64,000 nt of DNA from Lama guanicoe (lineage: Eukaryota). The translations under genes and the position numbers were made by a program. Where the stretch lies: contig MU055549.1 in the NCBI GenBank assembly GCA_013239625.1, positions 6,575,693-6,639,692 of the forward strand. The letters are read 5' to 3'. The notes below the pieces were generated by a model. It made no database searches. It saw only the letters and a list, made by a program, of their open reading frames with translations, and was not told the DNA's origin. Shown here piece by piece: positions 35,250 to 46,056 of the stretch (position 1 is its first letter; the number at the start of each line of letters is the position of its first letter).

Positions 35250-37653
35250 GTAATGCACCCCTCCCTGCCTTTCCCCACTTGGGGTGTTGAGGGGACGGTG
35301 GGGACAGGGGCTTGAGCACAGGACAGTGAGTCCTTACATTCTTGTTGTTCTCTGGCCAAGCCTAGAGAGACCAGACCCACACCCCAACTCGCTCACACAT
35401 ACACACACACTTGGCCATCAGGGCACGTGGCCAACTGCCAAGGATTCTCTTGGGTGGAGCAGATTTGCAGTTCAGGCTGACCCACTGGGATGACCTTGCC
35501 TTGCCTTTCTCAAATTGAGCTCAAGTTGATTTGTGAGGGTTCCCTTCATGGTGAGGACACAACCGTGTTTATGGGAGAGACCCAGAAATCATTCAGAACG
35601 GGATAACACCCTCGGTTCCTGAGGGGTGGCGTTTGCAGTTCACTTTTGCTGGGTTTGGAGAAGGTGGGCTCCTCGTCCAATGCCTCCTGTAACCTGGGCA
35701 TCATTCACTTGCCATTAGAAGTGCGTCACCGGGTGGAAACTATCGTGTGGGCTCCGAAGGATATCCACGGTGTCGGAGGTAGGACTGATCCCTGCAGAGC
35801 TGAGAACGGGTGTGCTTCCAGACTTGTGTGTTAAACAAAGCAAGATGTTGAAATCCCTTAGAACTCCGTTTCAAAAACAGACTTAGTCTCGCATATTGGA
35901 AAACACAGTCAGAAATTGTGCTTACTTGTAGGGGAGAATATACTTCCAAGTTGAGGAAAGGGAGCGATCCTCGCTGATTGTCTTCAAAACGCGAGACAAG
36001 TATAATTGAATGCATTCATTTATAATTGAATGTGTTTTCTTGGGCATTTGGATAAAGTTCCAGGTGGACATCCTCTGAGCAGCATTGAAGAATTTTTATT
36101 TCAACTCTAGAATCTTTACTGGCGATTTAAGCTATAAACTGGGTTTCTCCTCTTTCCCATTGCCTCCCCAAAATGACTTAGAAAACAGAATCCTTTTCAA
36201 ATGAATTTTTTTTCCCTAGATAACTAGCAGTATGGGGTAGAGGTAGTGGGATGAAAATCGTGGTGAAGATAAGATGTACCTTTTTGAAGATACCCCTTCA
36301 ATTGTGGGTGGGGACTGGGGGCCTGATCTCGCAGTCCTGAGATGCTGCATCTGTTGCACTGGTGGAGCGATGATGATTTGGTTACTGATAATCTGCAATG
36401 GCCGTTGGTGCTTTGCAAATTGACCTCCACACAGATTTCTTATCTCCAAAAGGAGACTGACTGGTTGGATTTTTCTGTTGTCTCTCACTGTAGATTCTGG
36501 TTTTGTCTCATATGAGGATTTTTTTTTTAAGTCTTATAAAAATTTTACTTTCTTTTTTTAATCATTGTGTGTCAGGAGAAAAGTCAGATAATGCTTCCCA
36601 GGGCCTGCGCCTTCTTCCTCACAGACAAACATTCTTTCTTTGCAACCAACTGATTTGCATGGCGATGACATTTGTTGCTTCAGTAATTTCATCTGATAAT
36701 GGCCGGGCTGGCAAAGCGGATCTGAAAACATATTCCTTAATTATGTGTTGCTAAGCAACGGGAGGGTTTGGTCATAATCACAGAAAGATTATCTCCGCAC
36801 TGAAGTCCTGGAAAGGTTTTGCTGAAGGAGGACCTGTTAAATTGCCTTATTTTCTTCTTTTTCTGTTTATTTTGCACTGCCTTCTAACAAAAACAGTCAC
36901 TGTTATTTGGGCATAGGGTGAAGGGATAGTATTTAAGTTGTTTGCAGTGTGATTGTTAACACACGGTTTTGCAGACCAAGGGATATTGATTTTTGTTTAA
37001 TTTGCACGGCAGCAAGCCAGTGCCAAGGAAGTCTGCAGTTGGAAGTCTGCCAGCAAATAAATTTCTCTGTCAACCGATCTGTCCTGGAGCAGGGGCTCTC
37101 CCCAGTCCTCATACCTTCGGTGTGTCATGACAGCCCTCCCCACCAAAGCAGTGTGTCCAGGACGGGGGAGGGGTAGGGTAGGAGCTAGGCTTCCCCGGAA
37201 GCTTTCAGCCTGCATACAGGGCGTTTTGGGTGGCAGGCTTCGTAAAATTAGCAGCCCGATTGGGATCTGTTGGAACCTACAGTCACGCTCTGGGCGGTCG
37301 TTTTGCCCCCAAGATGATAACATTTGCGTTGAAGGAAAGCACCACAGACCTCAGATCTAGAAACCTGAAGCTCCCGGGGGCAGCCCCACCACCTTGGCTG
37401 CTGAGCTGAGCTGAAATGGGAGCTGGCGATCTCTAAATCCAGATCGAGCCACTACGGTCATTTGTGGCACAACCAGGATGAATAAATCTTCATTCTGGTC
37501 TTCATTTAACTCACGTTTCCCTCTGGTCTGGAGGGGTAGGGTTGTCCTGTGACTCTCTCCCCTCTCCCTTTGGAGGGGTGAGCTGAGTGTTTGCAGCAGG
37601 TTGGTTGGTGGTTTTTAAGTGCCTGTTTTTATGTGCTTTGGATATTTTAATTT

Positions 37654-37758
37654 TTTTTAATGTTCATTTTTTATACAATTTTTAGAGGTAACTTTTCCAT
37701 TTTCAGTTTTACAAAGTATTAGCTATATTCTCCACGTTGTACAAAACATCTTTGAAAG
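37654..37758 (-). mobile_element. 5'-truncated L1 3' end with about 15-bp target-site duplication
   Basis: Flanks TGGATATTTTAATTT (37639-37653) and TGGGTATTTTAATTT (37759-37773); internal tacaaagtattagctatattctccacgttgtacaa. Confidence 0.6.
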
Positions 37759-39322
37759 TGGGTATTTTAATTTATCTTTGCTTTTCTCGGTCCATGAACG
37801 GCTTCACCTTGGTTGGCTTTATTGGTGTAAATCACAGGCTCCTGTTTGCTGTTCTGTGGAACGGGCAGCGGAGGGTGCCCAGGTGAGGAGAGGCCCCGGT
37901 GCAGCCCCCGGCCATGCAGGATTAGTGGGGTCACATGTCAGACCCACGTGAGCGGAGGCCCCTGGCGGAGCTGCTGCCTGCGGCACAAGCTGCAGAACCT
38001 TCTGGCAGTGGCTGGAACCCGGCGACGCCCCTCCCCCACATCACGTGGTGTCGACCACGGCCCAGGATTTGCTGTTGCCCAAATTGTCCGTGTGCCAGAT
38101 GCAGCAGGATGCATCCTGCAAACAGCAGTGCTGCAGCTCGTGGTTATCATCGTCGTCGTCGTCCCCCCAACCCCCCAATGCAGCAATGCCCAAGCGCTGT
38201 GGGGTGCTCCGCAGAGGAGCAGACCCTGCGCTGCGCCCAGAGCTTCAAATGTGAGAAATGCAGCCCCAGCCCACTCTCTCTGGGCCTTTTCTGTTTTCTG
38301 CCAGGCATTTTTCTGGATGCGACTCCATTGATTAAGTACATCTGTGACCTGCAACTAGTTGCCGGGGTCACTGCCCAAAGACCCTTCAGCACAGGACAGG
38401 GTGTCCATGCTCAGCTTTCACTGGGGCTGCAGGAGAGGCTGGTGGTGTCACAGTGTTCATCTGTCACCAGAACTGGTCACTCGACTGGCAGAGCTTGATG
38501 TGGTGCTAACATCGTGGGACTGGTTTCCAACACTGCGGGTGGACACGCCAGGTCTCCTATAGGAAGTCCCATCAGAATCAGAATAGAGGATCGTTCGTGT
38601 TGGGCCCACACACACCTGGTGATTCCTCCCAGGTTCTTGATTTTGTTGGAAGGACCCTCTGCACGTGTAGATCTGTGCTGGAGAATAGGGGTCCAGACGA
38701 TTCACTGGTTTTGAGGGGGTGATGACCCTCAAACCATCAGCCTGGAGGAGGCCACCCTGAGGCCCCAAAGCCAACTGATCCCACCCATTCCCCTGCCCCC
38801 ACAGCACAGGCCGCCCGAGAAAGGTGGGCTCAGCCAGCCCCCTCCGTGTCAGTGTCCAGGAACTGGTGTTGGGACCGTGCGCCTGAGCTGGCCCTACAGA
38901 GCAGGGGGCGGTGACACCACCTCTTCTGGTGAAGAGTGTTACGTTGTCAAGATCATGCAGCCTGGCTGGGGAGACGTGTGAAGTAAGGAGGACCCCAGGG
39001 CAGGGTTCCTGAGCATCGCTCCCCTCTCCCCCGCTGTGTTCCGAGCCTTGGGTCACGTGTTTGCCGCTCACGGCAGGTGCACCCCAGCCTGGTTTTCAGG
39101 GGCTTTTACACCCCGCCCCCATTCATACATAAAAGGACAGTTGCTAGGACGTAAAACAAGGGCCTGGGTAGGGACATGGGTTGGGGAGCCGCAGCACGTT
39201 GTGGTCAGGCCAAGGGCAAGGACACTGCCCAGACCAACTCAGGGTGATTGTGTGTGTGTGGGGTGGGGGTGGGGGGCGATGTGGCCAGTGAGGGCCGCTA
39301 AGGTTCTGGCGGCTGTCGGCCT

Positions 39323-39623
39323 GTGACTCCCTGGGCGTCTCCCAGGCTTCCTTGCGGAGTGACGTGCACCTCCGCGGTCAGGAAATCCTGGCCTCGTGGA
39401 GCTGCAAGGGGGCTCACCCCAGCAGGACTCTCCTCCAGCTCTGGCCGAGGCCCTTCGCCCCCTCGGCCTCCCTTCCACGTCGAGCTCTGGGGAGGGGCAG
39501 AGCTCTTCCAGGGGCCGACAGCTAGGCCATTCCACGTCAAACCGCCGAAACAAGCCCAAGGCCAGTGGAAGCGACAGGCGCTTGTCTCGCGTCGTGCTGG
39601 GTTGGTCCCCGGGGCCGGCGCGG
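39323..39623 (+). other. CTBP2: Candidate alternative first exon of CTBP2 in a CpG-rich patch (open frame, near-cognate start only)
   Basis: Strong donor CGG|GTGAGT after 39623, phase 1 in a 100-codon open frame that joins 53710 in frame. GC box at 39111 and TATA-like CATAAAA near 39128 upstream. Confidence 0.5.
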
Positions 39624-40799
39624 GTGAGTGCGTCTGGAGGCAGGCGCTGCGCTTGGTCACTGTGCCCCTGTTCGGGCGCCCCTCGGCGGGGCCTGCTCCC
39701 ACCCTCCTCCTCGCCTCTTGGCCGCTTCTCAGGCGCTGGGCCTGGGGCTGGACTTACCCTGCAGCTCTGTCCCTCAGCCACCTCCTCTGACCTTCTGGGT
39801 GTGGACTTGGCCCTGCTGTGCCTGCTGGGGCGGAGGGACCAGTCATAGTGAAGCCCGATGGCCCGTTCACTGAACCGGGGGTCTGGGCATTTCTGTAAAC
39901 TCGCCTCTTCTGTCTCTCCCTCCCCGCTCCCCCCAGCTCAGACCCCCTCTGCAGGGGAGGGGTGTCGGTGATTGCACGAGGAGTGTGGTCTGTGGGGAGG
40001 GTTTGAACCCCAAGTTCTCTGCCTAATGAGCTGGGAACCCCCCCCCTTACCCCCTGGTGAAATGGACTCCTGGCCACTCGCAGGGCTCCAAGGTCACTGT
40101 GGGTCTTCTTCTGCCCAGTGCGGTGTGAGCCCCAGAGAAGGGCAGTAGTGAAACTAGTCCTTGCTTTCCTGCAGGTTAGTTCAAGGGAACTCGTCTGTGT
40201 CCTCCCGGGGGAAGCTGGGGCCAAGGCTACTGCTGGACGGTGGCCAGCTGTGCCTGAGTTCTGGTCACCTGACTCTCTCCGTGTGGCCTGGGCAGGCCCG
40301 CGGTTGCCCAGCACAGGCTGGCCACGCCTTCTCATCTCTAGATGAGCATGTGTCATCCAGGTGTAGAAAGCGGCTCCACGTAAAAAGAGTGGGGCTTCGT
40401 CCGCCAGGGCCTCCCAGGCCTCTGCCTTCGGGAAGTAGCCCGTTGGGCATGGGTTTGGTTTCTAGATGACAGTCTTGTATCTGATCTCTTCCCAGTCTCA
40501 AGCTCCTCCAGGGATGACTGCCTCTGAAATCTTTAAAAGAGGTGGCAGTCTCGTCCCCGGTGCCAGTCAGATTCCAGGAAGATCGCAGAGTAGGGGGGTC
40601 ACAGGTGGCTGAGTCCAGTCCAGAGAGGAGCCTCAGTGCGGTTCTCTGGCCGAGACGAGGTGAAGCCGACGCTTCTTCACCACGTTACCCTCTCATGCGA
40701 CTCTTGCTCTTGAGTGTCCAGTGTCCACCCCCGCCCCTCCCCCCGGGGTTCTCCAGCTCACCTTCTACTGGGTGGGCCGAGGGGCTCGGGAACCAGCAC

Positions 40800-41240
40800 C
40801 TAAGTCCTCACTGGCTCTTGGTATCAGACACCTGGTCTGCAGGTATTTTCTCATTCTCCGATTGCCATTTCACTTTCTGGATGTTGTCCTTGAAGCACAG
40901 GGAGTTTTAATTTTGATGAAGTCCAGTTTATTCCCCGCCTCCCCCGGGTGCGTGTGGTTTTGATGCCATCATCCAGGGTCATGAAGATTTGTGCCTCTGT
41001 TTTCTTCCTAAGAGTGTTGTGGTATTAGCTCTTTTTTCTTTTTTTAAGGAGGTACTGGGGATAGAACCCAGGATCTTGTCCGTGCTGAGCAAGTGCTCTA
41101 CCACTGAGCTACACTCACCCCGCCCCTAAGTGTTAGCTCTTACATTTAGGTCCTTGAACCATTCTGAGCTGACTGGAATGTGGGTGTGGTAGAGGGGTGG
41201 GTTCTACTTTGTGCAGACACCCAGTTACCCCAGCCCTGTT
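40800..41240 (-). mobile_element. L1M ORF2 3' fragment, interrupted by a SINE
   Basis: tgcaggtattttctc...tttcactttctgg...ttttaattttgatgaagtccagttta...ttagctcttacatttaggtc, the classic antisense L1 ORF2 pattern. Confidence 0.7.
41034..41128 (-). mobile_element. tRNA-derived SINE (Vic-1-like) nested in L1
   Basis: ggaggtactggggatagaacccagg...ctctaccactgagctaca; TSD gt(a/g)ttagctctt at about 41022 and 41130. Confidence 0.85.
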
Positions 41241-41578
41241 GGCTTTGCTGTCGGGGAGCTACGCTGGATGAAGAAATCGAGACATAACCTTGTAAGGAAG
41301 ATTGATAATTTTTTAAAAATAGAAAACCAGCAAATTAATATGGAAGATTTTCAGGTGCTTGGAACCTGTTTCTTGGCCTCCAGGATTATATGAGGCAAGA
41401 ATTCTAAAGTGATTTCACAGGTTCTTTCCTAAGACATGATTTTTTTTTTTAAGTTTATGGAAGGGAAGTAATGCTTTCATCCATAACTGCTCAGCCCACG
41501 TTGGCAACACAGACCCGCAGTGTCGTTAAGTCCATGTGCTGCTCCTGGGTGTGTTTTACCCCCCACCCCCGCACCCCC

Positions 41579-41630
41579 NNNNNNNNNNNNNNNNNNNNNN
41601 NNNNNNNNNNNNNNNNNNNNNNNNNNNNNN
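41579..41630. other. Assembly gap (52 N) flanked by C-runs
   Basis: Run of n characters. Confidence 1.
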
Positions 41631-42334
41631 CCACCCCCCCGGAGGCTGGCTCACACAAAGGACTTTTTTAGTCGTGTTCCATTTAAAGGAGAAAAAAAAA
41701 ACAAGACTGTTCATTTTTCCTCGCTCCTTTCTGCTCCTTGAGCAGAAAGGTACAAGGCAGTTAAATTTAGCCAAACAGTGGTGCTCAGCAAATGAATAAA
41801 ACACCCTTTGCCAAATTGTTAAGAGAGCCTGAAATCAAACCTGTAAACGCTCGTCCCCACCGAGAGGGTGGGTGACGCCTGGGGATGCGTGCTGCCGAGA
41901 GTGCTTGAGAACTGATCGCAGGAAGGGTTTGCAAACGTGAGTGGAGCGACTCCTTCTCTAAATGTGGGAGAGCTGGGTGAGGAAACTCCCGGGTGGAGTT
42001 TGTACTAGTAAATGAGGTCTCAGGGCTGCGCTCCTGGGGACGGGAGGAGAAGCACAACTCTCTCGGGCGCCTGTGCTCCACACGCAGGGGTGTGAAGTGG
42101 TCGTGGGGCCGGTGGGGAGTGAGTCCTCCCAGTACTGACTTCACAGGAAAACGTCGCCCCCAGCTGGGCGGGGGTGCTCCAGGCCCCACTGCCCCTGATG
42201 TGCCTCCTGCCCTCTGCCAGGACCGGGGTTAGAGGAGTCGAGAGTGAATCCAGGGCTTACCCAGCCCAATAAGTGATAGTAAATGTCACCATTCTGTAGA
42301 ATTTGACCAGGATTATCCCATTTGAACTCCCAGG

Positions 42335-42490
42335 AAGCATCTCACCCTGTCCCCTTTTAAGATGAAAAAATCTGAGGCTAAGAGAGGTTAGCACTCTTCC
42401 CCAGGTCACACAGTAGGGCAGGGACTTCGAGCCAGCCTGTCTGACTCCAAACTTTTGCTTGGTCGCTGTGTCATGATGAACCACTGAGCA
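42335..42490 (-). mobile_element. MIR SINE fragment
   Basis: ccccttttaagatgaaaaaatctgaggctaagagaggttag...ccaggtcacacag...gacttcgagccagcctgtctgactccaa. Confidence 0.75.
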
Positions 42491-45400
42491 CAGCACGCTA
42501 AGACAGCATGGGAAACTCTACAATGTTAGAAAGTCGGGGAAGGGGATGCCAGCCGGATCTGGAAGCCTAGGTCCTTGTCAGCAAGAGGAAGTAAAGAGGG
42601 CGATTTCAGAGCAGGAGTCCCGAGGTCTCCAAGGCTCACTTCCCCAAGTGTGACATTGGGGTGATGGGCCCCACTCACCCCCCAGAAAGCTCCAAGGACC
42701 ACATCACCTGGGCGGGCAGGCTTTGCACATCTGCATGTGTGGCTCCAAGGGCACCTACTGGTGCTTGCCTGTCCCCAGCTGGTGCCCTGCAGGGCTGCAC
42801 AGGGACCCATGCTGCTCTGCTGTAGAGCCAATCCCCTTTCCTTTGTACTGTGCTGCCTTCTGGGAGAGTCAAGGAAATTAATTCTTCCATGTGATTAAAT
42901 GGAATGTAAAATGTTCTTTGATCCTAAGAGGATTTAAGGCTGGCTATCAGGAAGGGCTCTAACACACACATGGGTAAAACTGAGTAAATGAAAAAGTAAG
43001 CACAGGAAAAGATGAAACTGGGTGATAGGGCCAGAATATGGAGAGCACTCCTACGCATGAGGACAAGTGGGAATTTCACTCTGAGCTTCCTAGCAACCAA
43101 AGTAAAGAGGGAACTGAGATCACTTGAAAGGCTCACATTTGTACCTAAGATGGGACCAATGAACCCATCTCTTAGGAAAAAAACTTTTTCTGAGCAGTCG
43201 CGAGCGGAATTTCTCCTGCCCTTGACCAGATGTCCAAAGAATCAGCATCAACTCTAGATTTACAGTGTTACCTCCCCATGGTGCCCCAACTGCCCCTTCC
43301 TGTTCACAGGCTTCACTACCTAGTGGCAACTTCCTGCCTGTCTCTCAGTGTGTGAAGATTTTTACTAGGGCCTCATCCATTGGAAGTTGCTAAGTTCGCA
43401 GGCACAGGTTTGGAGCCTGGATGGGCTTCCTCTGCAGCTGGCAGCGGACTTCCTCTCCCGGGTGTCTGCTGCTTCCTCAGTCAAGCCCCCAGTGGGCACT
43501 GCCAAGTCCCGGGGACGTGGCAGTTCTTCCCCGTTGCAGGGGCTCTGTCTGGAGGGTTGAATGCTGTCACCAGCAGCAGACAGCGGTGGCCAGTCCGTCC
43601 CCCCTCCGTCTGCAGTGCTTAAAGCTGACCTCTCAACCTAACCAGCTTCCCTGCTGGGATTTTTCTATTAGATGCTTTTTCTTTGAGGGAATAAATATGA
43701 CTTTGTGATGGGTTCTGGTGGTTTCCTGTGAACTGGGCTTTGAGCCTGGAATACTTTAGAAATTAGTTTTTTTTTTAAAGTCATAGAGGAAAAGAGCAGG
43801 GCGGGGATGTCTGACCAGCTGTCGTGCCTGGGAAAATTAGCTTCCTGGCTGCTCTGGGGCCTGAGGGCAGCAAGCCTGTTAAAGGGTCCTTAAGAGTCAC
43901 TTTCCTTTTGGGTTTTAGGGCCACGTGAACAACTGAACTAGCTGCAAGCCTCGGCCTGCCTGTCTCCATCCCGGCTTGGGTGGGTGCCGCAGCCAAGAAG
44001 CAGGGCGATGTTCGGTTTTTCGGGGCCCTTGGCCCAGGCGATACAGTCAGGAAAGTAAGCCTGGGTCTGCCAGACTCCCCAGGGCCCTTTAGCGGGAGGG
44101 CGTGTCGTCTGTTCCTCAGGGGCGCTGGTGGAGTCAGTCCATCAGATTCCATGGGACAAGCCAACCCCAGGAGCGCCCCCGGCGCGCTGAGCCCTCGAGG
44201 GCAGGCCTGCCCTCCTAGTGACACGTCCGCTGTGGCCCCAGCAGGACCTTGGCCAGGTGAGCCCACAGGGCAGCGTTGTTCCACAGCTGCTCCGGGTTCA
44301 CGGGACCCCAGGCACCTGCCCTGCTGGCTGCTGCTGCTTCTGGGGGTTTGACAGGAATGGCCCTTCCAGGCACCTAGAAGAGTGAGGTGTCCTCTGCCTG
44401 GCTGCAGTCCCTCCGGGGGTTTCCCTGGCCTCTCTATCCCGACTGTGTCAAAGCCCATCCAAACACTCGCCTGGAGCGGAGTCGGGGCAGGTGACTCATG
44501 CCATTAGTGGGTTGACCACAGTGTCCTGCCCGACGTGGGCGTGCAGCGCCCGCCTTGAGACTGGTGAGGGTGACAGGGCACGAACACTCAAGACCAGGAG
44601 CCACCCTGGAAAGGGCCCGTCCAGGGCAGCGGGACAGGGGCACCTGGACTTGGAGACGGCCAGCACGTGAGTGTCTAAGAGAGTATCGTGTACAAGTGAT
44701 TAATGGTTCTTGGTTTTGTCTTTAGGCCCTGCTGGGAAAAGGAAGAGCATCTGTCACTTGCTCTGTTCAGCCTGGGGTAGTGAGGGCACTGTGCAGGTCA
44801 GGCTGCCGGGACAGGTTCCCTGCGTTCCTCTAACGGACCGGTTCAAACAACAACGCATCCTTGTCTTTCTGGAGGTGCAGACGGTGTGCTTTTTTTTTTT
44901 TTTAAACTAGATGATGTGCTTCCCCCAAGTCTAGACCTCTGCTCCATTGCAGGAGCTACCTCGCATGTGTGCACATGCGTGTGCACAGACACACAGTTAG
45001 CAGTGGTCACCCGGCAAGCGCCAAGTGTGGAGGGGACAGTAGCCTGGGCTCTCGGGAGCCTGTGAGCCTCCTGCTTGGGCAACTCTCCGTCCAGCTGTTA
45101 CCTGAGCTACAAGGGAGGGTGCTGAGTGTGTGGCATTTGGAGGGCCATGACTCACTAAGACCCATGTTTTATTTAAGAAGCTAATCCACTTATCAAGGTG
45201 TTTCCATGGCCCGAGCCTCCAGCTGACTGTGCAGAGGACAGTAAAATTTAAGCCACTGAAGAGTGGCTTAAAACCAGACCCCCTGGAGCCCACTCAGCTA
45301 AGTGTAGGGCGCCCCCAACAGCCCAGCCCCTGGGTGCATAGAGGGCCTGGTGAGACCAGATTTGCCCAGACTTGTGTTTTTTCTTAATAGCTTTATTGAG

Positions 45401-45625
45401 ATGTAACCCGGACGCCTATGCCCTTCACCTCACAGCGTGCCAGTGCGGTGGTGTTTAGTACACTCACAGCTCAGTGGAGGAGCCCGACTTTGGGAGACCA
45501 GACAGCATTCAAGCTGCTGATGGTCCTAGTGTAAGGGGAGGGCTGGATGCGCCGTGACCGTGCTGAGCTTTCCTCCTGCGCGGCTGTACCGCTCACCATG
45601 AGGCAGCACGTGAGCGACGCCTGCA

Positions 45626-46056
45626 CGGGCATACTCCGGAGCTAACTTGGGTTCTGTTCCGGACCAGCGCCCTAAAGTGAGTGTCGCAGATGAAGCAAGT
45701 TACATGAATTTTCTGGTTTCCCAGTGCATATTCAAGTTATGTTTACACCATACTGTAGTCTGTTAAGCGTGCAATAATAGCATTATATCTTTTAAGAAAA
45801 AATACATACCAGGGTAGGGGTATATAGCTCAGTGGTAGAGTGCATGCTTGGCATGCATGAGGTCCAGGGTTCAATCCCCAGGGCCTCCGTTGCGGGGGCG
45901 GGGGGGGGCGTGGAATACACACTTTAATTATAAAATAATGCTTTGGGGGAAATGGTGCCAACAGATGTACTCCGTGCAGGGTGTCACAAACCTTCCATTT
46001 GCTTAGAAAGAAAAGAGCACGGTATCTGTGAAGCGCACTCCCACAAGGTCTGCCTG
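45626..46056 (-). mobile_element. Internally deleted Tigger1-type DNA transposon (both ends retained), interrupted by a SINE
   Basis: Termini cgggcatac... / ...ggtctgcctg; internal tggtttcccagtgcata...gttatgtttacac.atactgtagtct and gaaatggtgcca...cacaaaccttc resemble the two Tigger1 ends. Confidence 0.75.
45811..45913 (+). mobile_element. tRNA-derived SINE (Vic-1-like) nested in Tigger1 relic
   Basis: tatagctcagtggtagagtgcatgcttggcatgcatgaggtccagggttcaatcccca (A and B boxes); TSD aataca(t/c)ac at 45801 and 45914. Confidence 0.85.

Noticed and set aside
37794-37886. Short ATG ORF (MNGFTLVG...) ending at donor CAG|GTGAGG
   Set aside because: The donor is phase 2 in that frame, so it cannot join exon 53710 in frame.
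41559-41640. C-rich tract around the N-gap as a structural element
   Set aside because: Sequence is incomplete; probably a homopolymer/G4 sequencing dropout, so it cannot be evaluated.
45820-45885. tRNA-like sequence (also at about 32320, 41050 and 62290)
   Set aside because: These are tRNA-derived SINE heads with TSDs and tails, not tRNA genes.
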